A DNA stretch of 32,000 nucleotides, from the NCBI RefSeq assembly GCF_000012925.1, contig NC_007517.1, positions 270,001 to 302,000 of the forward strand. The letters are read 5' to 3'. Every line of letters starts with the position of its first letter. The stretch's first letter is position 1. This stretch comes from Geobacter metallireducens GS-15. Lineage in GTDB: Bacteria; Desulfobacterota; Desulfuromonadia; Geobacterales; Geobacteraceae. Below the pieces are notes generated by a model. That model was not told the DNA's origin, did not search any database, and worked only from the letters and a program-made list of their open reading frames with translations. Of the stretch, positions 25,053 to 32,000 are shown in pieces. The position numbers and the translations under genes were made by a program.

Positions 25053-25853
25053 ATGAACACAATCATCAACGGCATCACCCTGGCCTACGACGACCATGGC
25101 AGCGGACCGGCAGTGGTTCTTGTCCACGGTTTTCCCCTCTGCCGCCGCATGTGGCACCCCCAGATCAAGGCGGTGACCGACGCGGGCTTTCGGCTCGTGA
25201 CCCTGGATCTGCGGGGATTCGGCGAAAGTGATGCCCCTGAAGGCCCCTATTCCATGGAGCTCTTTGCCGATGACGTGGCGGGGCTCCTGGACTACCTGGG
25301 GATCAATCGGGCGGTGGTGGGAGGGATGTCCATGGGGGGATACGTCCTTTTCAACCTCGTGGAGCGCCATGCCGGAAGGCTCGCGGGGGCCGTCTTCATC
25401 ACTACCCGCGCCACGGCCGACGACGAAGCGGCGAAGGCCCGCCGGCTCCAGTTGGCCCAGGAAACCATGAAATTCGGCCCCCAGATCATCGCCGATGCCT
25501 TCGTGCCGCTTCTCTTCGCCGAGGAGTCCCTCACCGGGCGGCCGAAACTGGTGGAGGAGGTTGGGGGGTGGATCGTGGGGACCGACTCGCGGGGGCTTGC
25601 GGGGGGGCTCCTCGCCATGCGGGAGCGGAAGGACTACAGCGGACTGCTGGGCACCGTCGGGATACCGTCCCTGGCCATAGGGGCCGAGGGGGACCGGGCC
25701 GCGCCCCCGGAGACCGCCCGGGCCATAGCCGCCGGCATCCCCGGCTGCCGGCTCGAAATCGTAACCGAGGCGGGGCACATGGCCAATCTGGAGCACCCTG
25801 GGGCCTTCAACGATGCCCTGGTGGGGTTCCTGAAGGGGCTGGGGGCGTGGTGA
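25053..25853 (+). CDS. Alpha/beta-fold hydrolase
   Basis: VVLVHGFPL oxyanion region, nucleophile elbow GGMSMGG, and C-terminal GHMANLEHP with the catalytic His. Confidence 0.9.
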   Translation: MNTIINGITLAYDDHGSGPAVVLVHGFPLCRRMWHPQIKAVTDAGFRLVTLDLRGFGESDAPEGPYSMELFADDVAGLLDYLGINRAVVGGMSMGGYVLFNLVERHAGRLAGAVFITTRATADDEAAKARRLQLAQETMKFGPQIIADAFVPLLFAEESLTGRPKLVEEVGGWIVGTDSRGLAGGLLAMRERKDYSGLLGTVGIPSLAIGAEGDRAAPPETARAIAAGIPGCRLEIVTEAGHMANLEHPGAFNDALVGFLKGLGAW

Positions 25854-25859
25854 TTCCTG

Positions 25860-26786
25860 TTAGGGGGGGCATTTGCCGCAGACGGACCGGAAGAGCACCG
25901 TGCTGAGGTAACGGTCCCCTCTGTCGGGGAGAAGGACGACGATGGTGCTTCCGGCCGGGGCATCCTTGGCCACCCGGATGGCGCCAGCCATGGCCGCGCC
26001 GCTGGACATCCCCACGAAGAGCCCCTCGCGGACGGCCAGATCCCGCGCCGTATCGAAGGCGGGCTCGTCCTGGACGGTGAGCTTCAGGTCGAGGGCAGCG
26101 GGGTTGTAGATGGCTGGGACGATGGCTTCCTGCATGTTCTTGAGCCCCTGGACCTTGTGGCCGAGCCGGGGCTCCACGCCGACGATGCGCACGGACGGCT
26201 TGGTTTCCCGAAAGTAGCGGCTTACCCCCATGAGGGTTCCGCCGGTCCCCATCCCGGCCACGAAAAAGTCGACGGTGCCGTCGGTGCCGCGGTAAATCTC
26301 CGGACCGGTGGTCTCGTAGTGGGCGAGGGGGTTGTTGGGGTTGGCATACTGGTTGGGCATGTAGTAGCGGTCGGGTTCTTCGTCGAGAATCCGGTGCGCC
26401 AGGCGGATGGCGCCGTCAGTGGCCTCCTCTGCCGGAGAGAGAACCAGTTCGGCGCCGTAGGCCTCCAGCACCGCCCGCCGCTCAAGGCTCACGCAGGCAG
26501 GCATGACGAGCTTCACCCGGTACCCCTTGGCCGCGCCGAGCATGGCGATGGCGATGCCGGTGTTTCCCGAGGTGGGCTCCAGGATCGTCCTCTCAGGGGA
26601 CAGTTCCCCGGCAGCCTCGGCCTTGGCAAGCATGTAGAGGGCGGGGCGGTCCTTGACCGAGCCCCCCACATTATTCCCCTCAAGCTTGGCGAGAATTCTC
26701 ACCTTCGGGTTGGGGTTCAGCTTTCTGATCTCCACGAGGGGGGTGGAGCCGATGCTCCCTGACAGGGAAAAGGGGGTATGTTCCAT
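25860..26786 (-). CDS. PLP-dependent cysteine synthase (CysK/CysM family)
   Basis: TPLVEI, LEGNNVGGSVKDRPA (PLP lysine), EPTSGNTGIAIA, GMGTGGTLMG. Confidence 0.9.
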   Translation of the reverse strand: MEHTPFSLSGSIGSTPLVEIRKLNPNPKVRILAKLEGNNVGGSVKDRPALYMLAKAEAAGELSPERTILEPTSGNTGIAIAMLGAAKGYRVKLVMPACVSLERRAVLEAYGAELVLSPAEEATDGAIRLAHRILDEEPDRYYMPNQYANPNNPLAHYETTGPEIYRGTDGTVDFFVAGMGTGGTLMGVSRYFRETKPSVRIVGVEPRLGHKVQGLKNMQEAIVPAIYNPAALDLKLTVQDEPAFDTARDLAVREGLFVGMSSGAAMAGAIRVAKDAPAGSTIVVLLPDRGDRYLSTVLFRSVCGKCPP

Positions 26787-26891
26787 GGACGATGTCCTCT
26801 GCTCTGGTGGGTTAATAACCGCTTATGCTATAGGAATGTACGGGAAATTACAACCGTCCCGAATGCGGGGATTGCCCGCGGGAAAGAATAT

Positions 26892-27494
26892 ATGCGCCTT
26901 CACGGACCATCCTTGACATTCCCTGGCATTGCAGCCGGCCTCGCGTCCCATCCCCCCGTCGAGATTTCCTCTTCGGGGATGACGTCCGCCGCCGTGGCGC
27001 TCATCCTCCGGGAGGGGAGGGAGGGGCTTGAAGTACTCTTCATAGAGCGGGCCTCCCATGACGGTGACCCGTGGTCCGGCGACCTGGGGTTTCCCGGGGG
27101 TAAAATCGAGCCGGGTGACGCCGGACCCCGGGGTGCCGCGGAGAGGGAGACCCGGGAGGAACTCGGCATCGATCTCGCCACCGCCCATTATCTGGGGCGC
27201 CTGGCCGACGTCGCGGGGGCCCACCTGCCAATCCGGGTATCATGTTTCGTCTATGGTTTGATCGGGAATCCCCCCTTGACGCCGGGGGGGGAGGTGAGGG
27301 ACGCTTTCTGGGTCTCCCTTACCGATCTTTGCGATCCGGACCGCCACAAGGACGCCACGGTTCGCTTCGGTGGCGAAACCTTCGAGCGGCCGGCCATAAT
27401 CCTTCCGGCGGAGGGGAAACCGGCCCTCTGGGGGATCACCTACCGGCTGGTCATGCAGTTCCTTGCGCTCGTGACCGGAGAGGGCGTCCCGTAG
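26892..27494 (+). CDS. NUDIX hydrolase, CoA pyrophosphatase-like
   Basis: Nudix box GGKIEPGDAGPRGAAERETREELGI, preceded by LFIERASHDGDPWSGDLGFPGG (NuCoA-like motif). The start is uncertain. The ATG at 26892 was chosen because the track start at 26778 overlaps the divergent cysteine synthase start. Confidence 0.8.
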   Translation: MRLHGPSLTFPGIAAGLASHPPVEISSSGMTSAAVALILREGREGLEVLFIERASHDGDPWSGDLGFPGGKIEPGDAGPRGAAERETREELGIDLATAHYLGRLADVAGAHLPIRVSCFVYGLIGNPPLTPGGEVRDAFWVSLTDLCDPDRHKDATVRFGGETFERPAIILPAEGKPALWGITYRLVMQFLALVTGEGVP

Positions 27495-27517
27495 GTCGGG
27501 ACGGGGGAGCGGGAGGG

Positions 27518-27910
27518 TTACGTGGTGATCCCCTCCTTGCCCGGGGCAAGGGTGTCGGCGTGGGCGAGGAATTCTTCCATGAGTTGCGGAGGGTCGTAGC
27601 CGAAGGAAAAGACCGATTCGTAGCTGAGGATTTGGAGCGGGTCCAGATGGGGTGAGGCGAAGCCGATACCGTTGGAGGCGGTGCGGACGATCCGGCCCGG
27701 CATGGTGATGGTGAGGGTGGAGGTGCCACTGAGAAAGTAGATGGAGACGAGGGCCTCTTTGCCCGGTTCACAGTCTCCCCGCATGGACAGGAAGAGGCCG
27801 TGATGGCTGATGTCCCGCACCTCGCCGTAAGTGATCCGCGAATCCTTCTCCAGGAATGCCGGTGCCGAAAAGGGGACCCGGGGATGCCGCCGCCGTTCGA
27901 ACTGTCCCAT
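27518..27910 (-). CDS. Stand-alone PilZ domain protein (predicted c-di-GMP receptor)
   Basis: RRRHPR...DISHHGLF matches the RxxxR / DxSxxG PilZ motifs. AGGAGG lies 5 nt before the ATG at 27908-27910. Confidence 0.85.
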   Translation of the reverse strand: MGQFERRRHPRVPFSAPAFLEKDSRITYGEVRDISHHGLFLSMRGDCEPGKEALVSIYFLSGTSTLTITMPGRIVRTASNGIGFASPHLDPLQILSYESVFSFGYDPPQLMEEFLAHADTLAPGKEGITT

Positions 27911-27938
27911 GGCTTCCTCCTGCATGTATCGGTCATTT

Positions 27939-27968
27939 TTGAGAATCAATAAGCCTCTAAACTATAAC
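27939..27968 (+). promoter_or_regulatory. Sigma70-type promoter candidate for the truC-like / msrA string
   Basis: TTGAGA (27939-27944), an 18-nt spacer, then TATAAC (27963-27968), in an AT-rich divergent gap. Confidence 0.3.
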
Positions 27969-28012
27969 GCAAATACTTTTCATTTGCAGGTTTTTTTTTC
28001 GCGGAAAAAACG

Positions 28013-28846
28013 ATGCTATCTTCAGGAGCCACCGTGGAAATCCTTTACCGCGACGAGCATCTCGTGGCAGTCCACAAACCGCTGGGACTACTCGTCCACC
28101 GCTCGCCCATAGACCGGCACGAGACCCGGTTTGCCCTCCAGGAAGTGCGTGACCTTCTGGGGCGGCGCGTCTATCCGGTTCACCGACTCGACAAACCCAC
28201 CTCAGGTGTCCTCCTCTTCGCCCTCGATCCAGCTTTCGCCCGGGGCCTCGTCGGCGCCTTCGCGTCCGGGAGCGTGACCAAGACGTATCTGGCGGTGGTT
28301 CGGGGAACCATGCCGGAGGAAGGGGTGATTGACCATCCCCTGGCAGAGGAGCCCGATCGTTTCGAGCAGGGACGGGGGAATGCCGGAGAGAGGGCGCCCC
28401 AGTCGGCAGTGACCGGCTATCGACGCTTGGCAGACGTGGAGCTTCCTGTTGCCGTTGGACGCTATCCCACGAGTCGCTATTCGCTGGTGTCGCTCTCGCC
28501 GCGCACGGGTCGCCGTCATCAGCTTCGCCGCCACCTCAAGCACCTCTTCCACCCCATCGTTGGCGATACGAAATACGGCGAAGGGCGCCACAACCGGTTC
28601 TTTCGGGAAGAGCTTCTGACGGTACGCATGCTTCTGCACGCCGTTGAGCTTACCGTTCCTCACCCGGCAACCGGTGCGCCGCTGACGGTCTGTGCCCCGG
28701 TCGAGGGGGCTTTTGCAGCTCTCCTCGCCCGGTTCGGCTGGCTCTCTGCCGTTCCTTCCCGTTGGCTCGGCCCCCAGGGAAAAAGCATGGCTGGGGAGGA
28801 GATGCAAACGAGACAGCGGATTTCTCCTGTGCTACCTTTGTTGTAG
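28013..28846 (+). CDS. truC: RluA-family pseudouridine synthase, TruC-like (tRNA psi65)
   Basis: VEILYRDEHLVAVHKPLGLLVHRS and YPVHRLDKPTSGVLLFA (catalytic Asp) parallel E. coli TruC. An in-frame GTG at 28034 preceded by AGGAG (28024-28028) may be the true start. Confidence 0.85.
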   Translation: MLSSGATVEILYRDEHLVAVHKPLGLLVHRSPIDRHETRFALQEVRDLLGRRVYPVHRLDKPTSGVLLFALDPAFARGLVGAFASGSVTKTYLAVVRGTMPEEGVIDHPLAEEPDRFEQGRGNAGERAPQSAVTGYRRLADVELPVAVGRYPTSRYSLVSLSPRTGRRHQLRRHLKHLFHPIVGDTKYGEGRHNRFFREELLTVRMLLHAVELTVPHPATGAPLTVCAPVEGAFAALLARFGWLSAVPSRWLGPQGKSMAGEEMQTRQRISPVLPLL

Positions 28847-28879
28847 TATCGATACAGTGTTGACAGGGAGGTTCACATC

Positions 28880-29368
28880 ATGGACGAAACACCAGAACTT
28901 GAAAAGGCAACCTTCGGTGCCGGGTGCTTCTGGCACGTGGAGGCCGAATTCCGGCGGGTGTCGGGGGTGGTAGCCACTCACGCCGGGTACATGGGGGGAT
29001 GGAAGGACCATCCCACCTACGAGGAGGTCTGCTCCAAGGAAACGGGGCATGCGGAGGTGGTGGAGGTGGTCTACGATCCCGCGCGGGTCTCCTATGACGA
29101 GCTTCTCCGGATTTTCTGGACAATCCACGATCCAACCCAGCTGAACCGCCAGGGGCCGGATATCGGTACCAACTACCGCTCGGTCATCTTTTTTCATACC
29201 CCGGAGCAGGAGCAGGCCGCCCGGCTCTCGATGGAGAAAGAAGGGGGTTCCGGCCGCTACTCCCGGCCAATCGTTACCGAAATTGCTTCCGCCTCCGCCT
29301 TCTGGTGGGCCGAGGAGTACCATCAGCAGTACCTGGAGAAGCGCGGCGGCGGAAGCTGCAACTGGTGA
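28880..29368 (+). CDS. msrA: Peptide-methionine (S)-S-oxide reductase
   Basis: [15 protein letters not shown] active-site motif, [32 protein letters not shown]. Confidence 0.95.
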   Translation: MDETPELEKATFGAGCFWHVEAEFRRVSGVVATHAGYMGGWKDHPTYEEVCSKETGHAEVVEVVYDPARVSYDELLRIFWTIHDPTQLNRQGPDIGTNYRSVIFFHTPEQEQAARLSMEKEGGSGRYSRPIVTEIASASAFWWAEEYHQQYLEKRGGGSCNW

Positions 29369-29385
29369 AGAGAAAGGAGCTATTA

Positions 29386-29868
29386 ATGACAGCAAGAGGA
29401 TGGCTTGTAGGGATGGTCGTCGCGGCGGCTGCGGCGGTCTGCGGCGTGGGAAACGCCGGCGCCGAGGTGCGGCTGGCGAAGGGGCAGACCCTCTATGTGC
29501 CGGTTTACTCCCACGTCTACACCGGTGATCGGGCGCTCCCCTTCAATCTGGCGGCCACTCTGGGGGTTCGCAACCTTGATCCGGCCAGCCCCATAACCGT
29601 AAGCCGGGTGGATTACCACGACTCCAACGGCCGCCTCGTGAAGCGTTTCCTGGCTGGTCCCCTGAAAATTCCTCCCCAGGGTTCCACCAGTTTTTACCTC
29701 AAGGAACGGGACACGAGCGGCGGTTTCGGCGCCCATTTCATCGTGGTATGGGAGTCGGCCAGGGAGGTTAATGAGCCCATTGTCGAGAGCGTCATGATCG
29801 GCGCCCGGTCGGGCCAGGGAATCTCCTTCGTGAGCCCGGCCCGGGAGATCCGGCCCCAGGCCAAATGA
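29386..29868 (+). CDS. Secreted DUF3124 domain protein
   Basis: AAAGGAG lies 7 nt before the ATG at 29386. It has a signal peptide (MVVAAAAAVCGVGNAGA). GQTLYVPVYSHVYTGDRALPFNLAATLGVRNLD...VDYHDSNGRLV matches my recollection of the DUF3124 pattern. Confidence 0.75.
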   Translation: MTARGWLVGMVVAAAAAVCGVGNAGAEVRLAKGQTLYVPVYSHVYTGDRALPFNLAATLGVRNLDPASPITVSRVDYHDSNGRLVKRFLAGPLKIPPQGSTSFYLKERDTSGGFGAHFIVVWESAREVNEPIVESVMIGARSGQGISFVSPAREIRPQAK

Positions 29869-29884
29869 GGATTGAGGTGCCACG

Positions 29885-30904
29885 ATGAAGATCATCGACC
29901 TGCGGAGCGATACCGTCACCAGGCCCTGCCCGGCCATGCGGGCCGCTATGGCTGTAGCCGAGGTGGGTGACGACGTCTATGGCGAGGACCCCACCGTGAA
30001 CCGCCTCGAAGCCCTGGCCGCCGGGATGCTCGGCACCGAGGCGGCCCTCTTCGTGACGAGCGGCACCCAGTCCAACCTCCTTGCCATCATGACCCACTGC
30101 GGGCGGGGTGACGAGTACATCGCCGGCCAGACGGCCCACTGCTACCGTTTCGAGGGGGGCGGCGCCGCGGTCCTCGGCGGGGTCCAGCCCCAGCCCGTGG
30201 ACGTGGAACCCGACGGAACCCTTGACCTCGTGAAAGTGGCCGCGGCCATCAAGCCCAACGATCCCCACTTTGCCCGGACACGGCTCCTCTGTCTGGAGAA
30301 CACCCAGGCGGGGAGGGTTCTCCCCCTCGATTACCTGGCTCGCGCCCGTACCCTTGCCCGGGAGCGTGGCCTCGCCCTCCACCTGGACGGGGCGCGGCTC
30401 TTCAATGCCGCCGTGGCCCTCGACGTGGAAGCCCGGGAGATAACGGATCATTTCGAATCGGTGTCGGTCTGTCTCTCCAAGGGGCTCGGCGCGCCGGTGG
30501 GGTCGCTTTTGTGCGGGAGTCGGGGGTTTGTGGCCGAGGCCCGACGCTGGCGCAAGGTCCTCGGCGGCGGCATGCGCCAGGCAGGTGTCCTGGCCGCCGC
30601 GGGAATTGTGGCCCTCACGGAGAACGTGGCGCGCCTCGCCGAGGACCACGCCAATGCGCGGCGTCTGGCCGAGGGGCTGGCTGCCGTCGGCGGTCTCGAT
30701 GGTGACTCCGTCTCGGTTCAGACGAACATGGTGTTCCTCTCGCTTCCCCCTGATCATGCCGAGGCACTGGCAACCTTTCTCTGCGACAGGGGAGTTCTCA
30801 TCTCCGGTCGGGAGCGCATCCGCCTTGTCACCCATCGGGATGTGACCTCTGCCGACATCGATCGGGTAGTGGGAGCCTGCGGGGAGTTTTTCAGGCGACC
30901 CTGA
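29885..30904 (+). CDS. ltaE: Low-specificity L-threonine aldolase
   Basis: [47 protein letters not shown] (PLP lysine). Confidence 0.9.
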   Translation: MKIIDLRSDTVTRPCPAMRAAMAVAEVGDDVYGEDPTVNRLEALAAGMLGTEAALFVTSGTQSNLLAIMTHCGRGDEYIAGQTAHCYRFEGGGAAVLGGVQPQPVDVEPDGTLDLVKVAAAIKPNDPHFARTRLLCLENTQAGRVLPLDYLARARTLARERGLALHLDGARLFNAAVALDVEAREITDHFESVSVCLSKGLGAPVGSLLCGSRGFVAEARRWRKVLGGGMRQAGVLAAAGIVALTENVARLAEDHANARRLAEGLAAVGGLDGDSVSVQTNMVFLSLPPDHAEALATFLCDRGVLISGRERIRLVTHRDVTSADIDRVVGACGEFFRRP

Positions 30905-30991
30905 CGCCTCATTCCTTCCATTGCAAAAGCTGCCTCCTATGGTTTACTTGAACGTGTCGCCTCCCCGAAAAACGCCTTCTGGAGTCAGATC

Positions 30992-31654
30992 ATGCCCATG
31001 AAAATTTTTGTGTGGATGCTTGCCGTTGTTGCGGGGATTCTCGCCTCGTGTGCCTTCATTACCGTCAACGTCTATTTCCCCGAGAAGGAGGTCAAGAAGG
31101 CCTTCAAGACCTTGGACGAGAAATACCTGGGGAAGGAGGGGGGGGAGGCGCCCGTCCCGGAACAGCCCCCGGCCGGTGCTGAACCGGCGCCGGCAGAGAA
31201 GCCCCAGAGCCGGTTCGAGGGAGCGCGATGGCCCCTCGCGGTGACAGCCACCGCCTGGGCTGCCGAGGATGCGGCCGGCGGCCTGGTGGTTGAGCTTTCG
31301 CGGATGCCCGAGGTGGTCAAGGCCTACGAGGAGATGAGAGGACGGCTCACGACCCTCGATCAGTTGCGTGACGGCGGCATTGTGGGAGAAACCAACCAGG
31401 GACTTGTCACGGTCCGCGACCCCTCCCGGATTGCCGGCCTGAAGGGAGCGGTGGACGAGGAGAACGCCAACCGCAAGACCGTCATTACCGGCATGGCTCG
31501 GGCAATCCTGAAGCAGGCGGGGAAGCCCGACACACCGGCCAATATGGGACAGGTTCTCGGCAAGGCGGCCGCCACCTATGCCCAGACGAAACAGGAAACC
31601 GCCCGGCCAGGCTGGTGGATCCAGTTGCAAAACGGAAAGTGGGTACAGAAATGA
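30992..31654 (+). CDS. YdbL-like (DUF1318) protein with an extended lipoprotein-type N-terminal region
   Basis: C-terminal LRDGGIVGETNQGLV...VDEENANRKTVITGMA...GWWIQLQNGKWVQK is the DUF1318/YdbL pattern. The N-terminus has a lipobox-like ILASC and a Pro/Ala-rich linker. Confidence 0.8.
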   Translation: MPMKIFVWMLAVVAGILASCAFITVNVYFPEKEVKKAFKTLDEKYLGKEGGEAPVPEQPPAGAEPAPAEKPQSRFEGARWPLAVTATAWAAEDAAGGLVVELSRMPEVVKAYEEMRGRLTTLDQLRDGGIVGETNQGLVTVRDPSRIAGLKGAVDEENANRKTVITGMARAILKQAGKPDTPANMGQVLGKAAATYAQTKQETARPGWWIQLQNGKWVQK

Positions 31655-31962
31655 GCCGATTCGTTCTAATTATCCCGTTCGGAGCCCTCTCCCTCATGCT
31701 CGCTGCGTGCTCTTCCTTTCCCTGGTTGACGAAGGAAGAACCGGCCGCCACTTCCGCCCCTACTGCCAAGAACCGCTGTCTCCTCGAATCCGAGGATTGC
31801 CCTCCGCGGAAGATGACCATCACTGAACTGATCGCTGGTCTGAAGCATGAAATTGCCAGGGGTGAGGCCGTGTACACCCCGGCCGAACTCCAGAAGCTCG
31901 AAAACAAGCTCCGGGATTACGAAGTGATGTACGACCGCCTGATGTACGGCAACGACGATTGA
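31651..31962 (+). CDS. Hypothetical lipoprotein (103 aa)
   Basis: ATGA overlap with the preceding gene. Signal peptide with lipobox LMLAAC. C-terminal helical segment ELQKLENKLRDYEVMYDRL. No family recognised. Confidence 0.55.
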   Translation: MSRFVLIIPFGALSLMLAACSSFPWLTKEEPAATSAPTAKNRCLLESEDCPPRKMTITELIAGLKHEIARGEAVYTPAELQKLENKLRDYEVMYDRLMYGNDD

Positions 31963-32000
31963 AACGAAATGGTTAGTGTAACGATTCCGATGCGTTGGTT

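Noticed and set aside
24231-25796. A 521-aa minus-strand ORF antisense to yceH and the alpha/beta hydrolase. Similar cases occur at 6695-7924, 5063-6028 and 29792-30835.
   Set aside because: These are shadow frames of well-supported plus-strand genes, with no RBS and low-complexity translations.
1-32000. A search by eye for CRISPR arrays, tandem repeats, IS/transposase/integrase genes, prophage genes, and tRNA/rRNA genes
   Set aside because: None was recognised. The only intergenic gap larger than 250 nt (19125-19628) shows no cloverleaf or T-loop consensus and no spaced direct repeats. A tRNAscan/Infernal run would be the decisive check.

Overview
GC-rich, gene-dense bacterial chromosome, about 32 protein genes. 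The gene content looks Geobacter / Desulfuromonadales-like: a Dnmt2 homologue, a cytochrome c oxidase operon with a cytochrome c-fused subunit II, several PilT/PilZ/DUF4388 proteins, and long stop-free antisense frames. All assignments come from reading the translations and the DNA by eye, with no searches run.

Layout, left to right:
- A partial HTH/Zn-ribbon regulator.
- A minus-strand envelope glycosylation block: GT39-like membrane transferase, GT2 polyprenyl-phosphate transferase, DUF4382 lipoprotein.
- A DUF4350-like secreted protein, a B12-type radical SAM enzyme, srkA and folD.
- A complete sco-coxA-coxC-coxD-coxB-ctaB oxidase operon.
- A UPF0126 channel, a Dnmt2-type tRNA methyltransferase, and an acyl-CoA ligase plus MFS transporter.
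- A 0.5 kb non-coding gap containing palindromic elements.
- dus, a SlyD-like FKBP, a pilT paralogue with a DUF4388 multidomain protein, and yceH plus a hydrolase.
- Cysteine synthase, a NUDIX CoA pyrophosphatase, a PilZ protein, and a truC-like / msrA / DUF3124 / ltaE string.
- A YdbL-like protein with an overlapping lipoprotein gene.

I recognised no rRNA, tRNA, CRISPR array, transposase, integrase or obvious defence genes. This looks like core chromosome, not an accessory island, and I do not see a convincing new multi-gene system.

The items most worth a second look:
- The bacterial Dnmt2 homologue (probably already known biology).
- The PilT-paralogue / DUF4388 pair, which carries a full MshEN-type c-di-GMP-binding motif.
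- Two long imperfect palindromic elements, one inside the cox operon.
- A possible sRNA in the 19.3-19.6 kb gap.
- A radical SAM enzyme with CX4CX2C cysteine spacing.
- An FKBP with an internal Cys/Asp-rich insert.

Several ORF-track starts appear over-extended and were trimmed to starts that have Shine-Dalgarno support.
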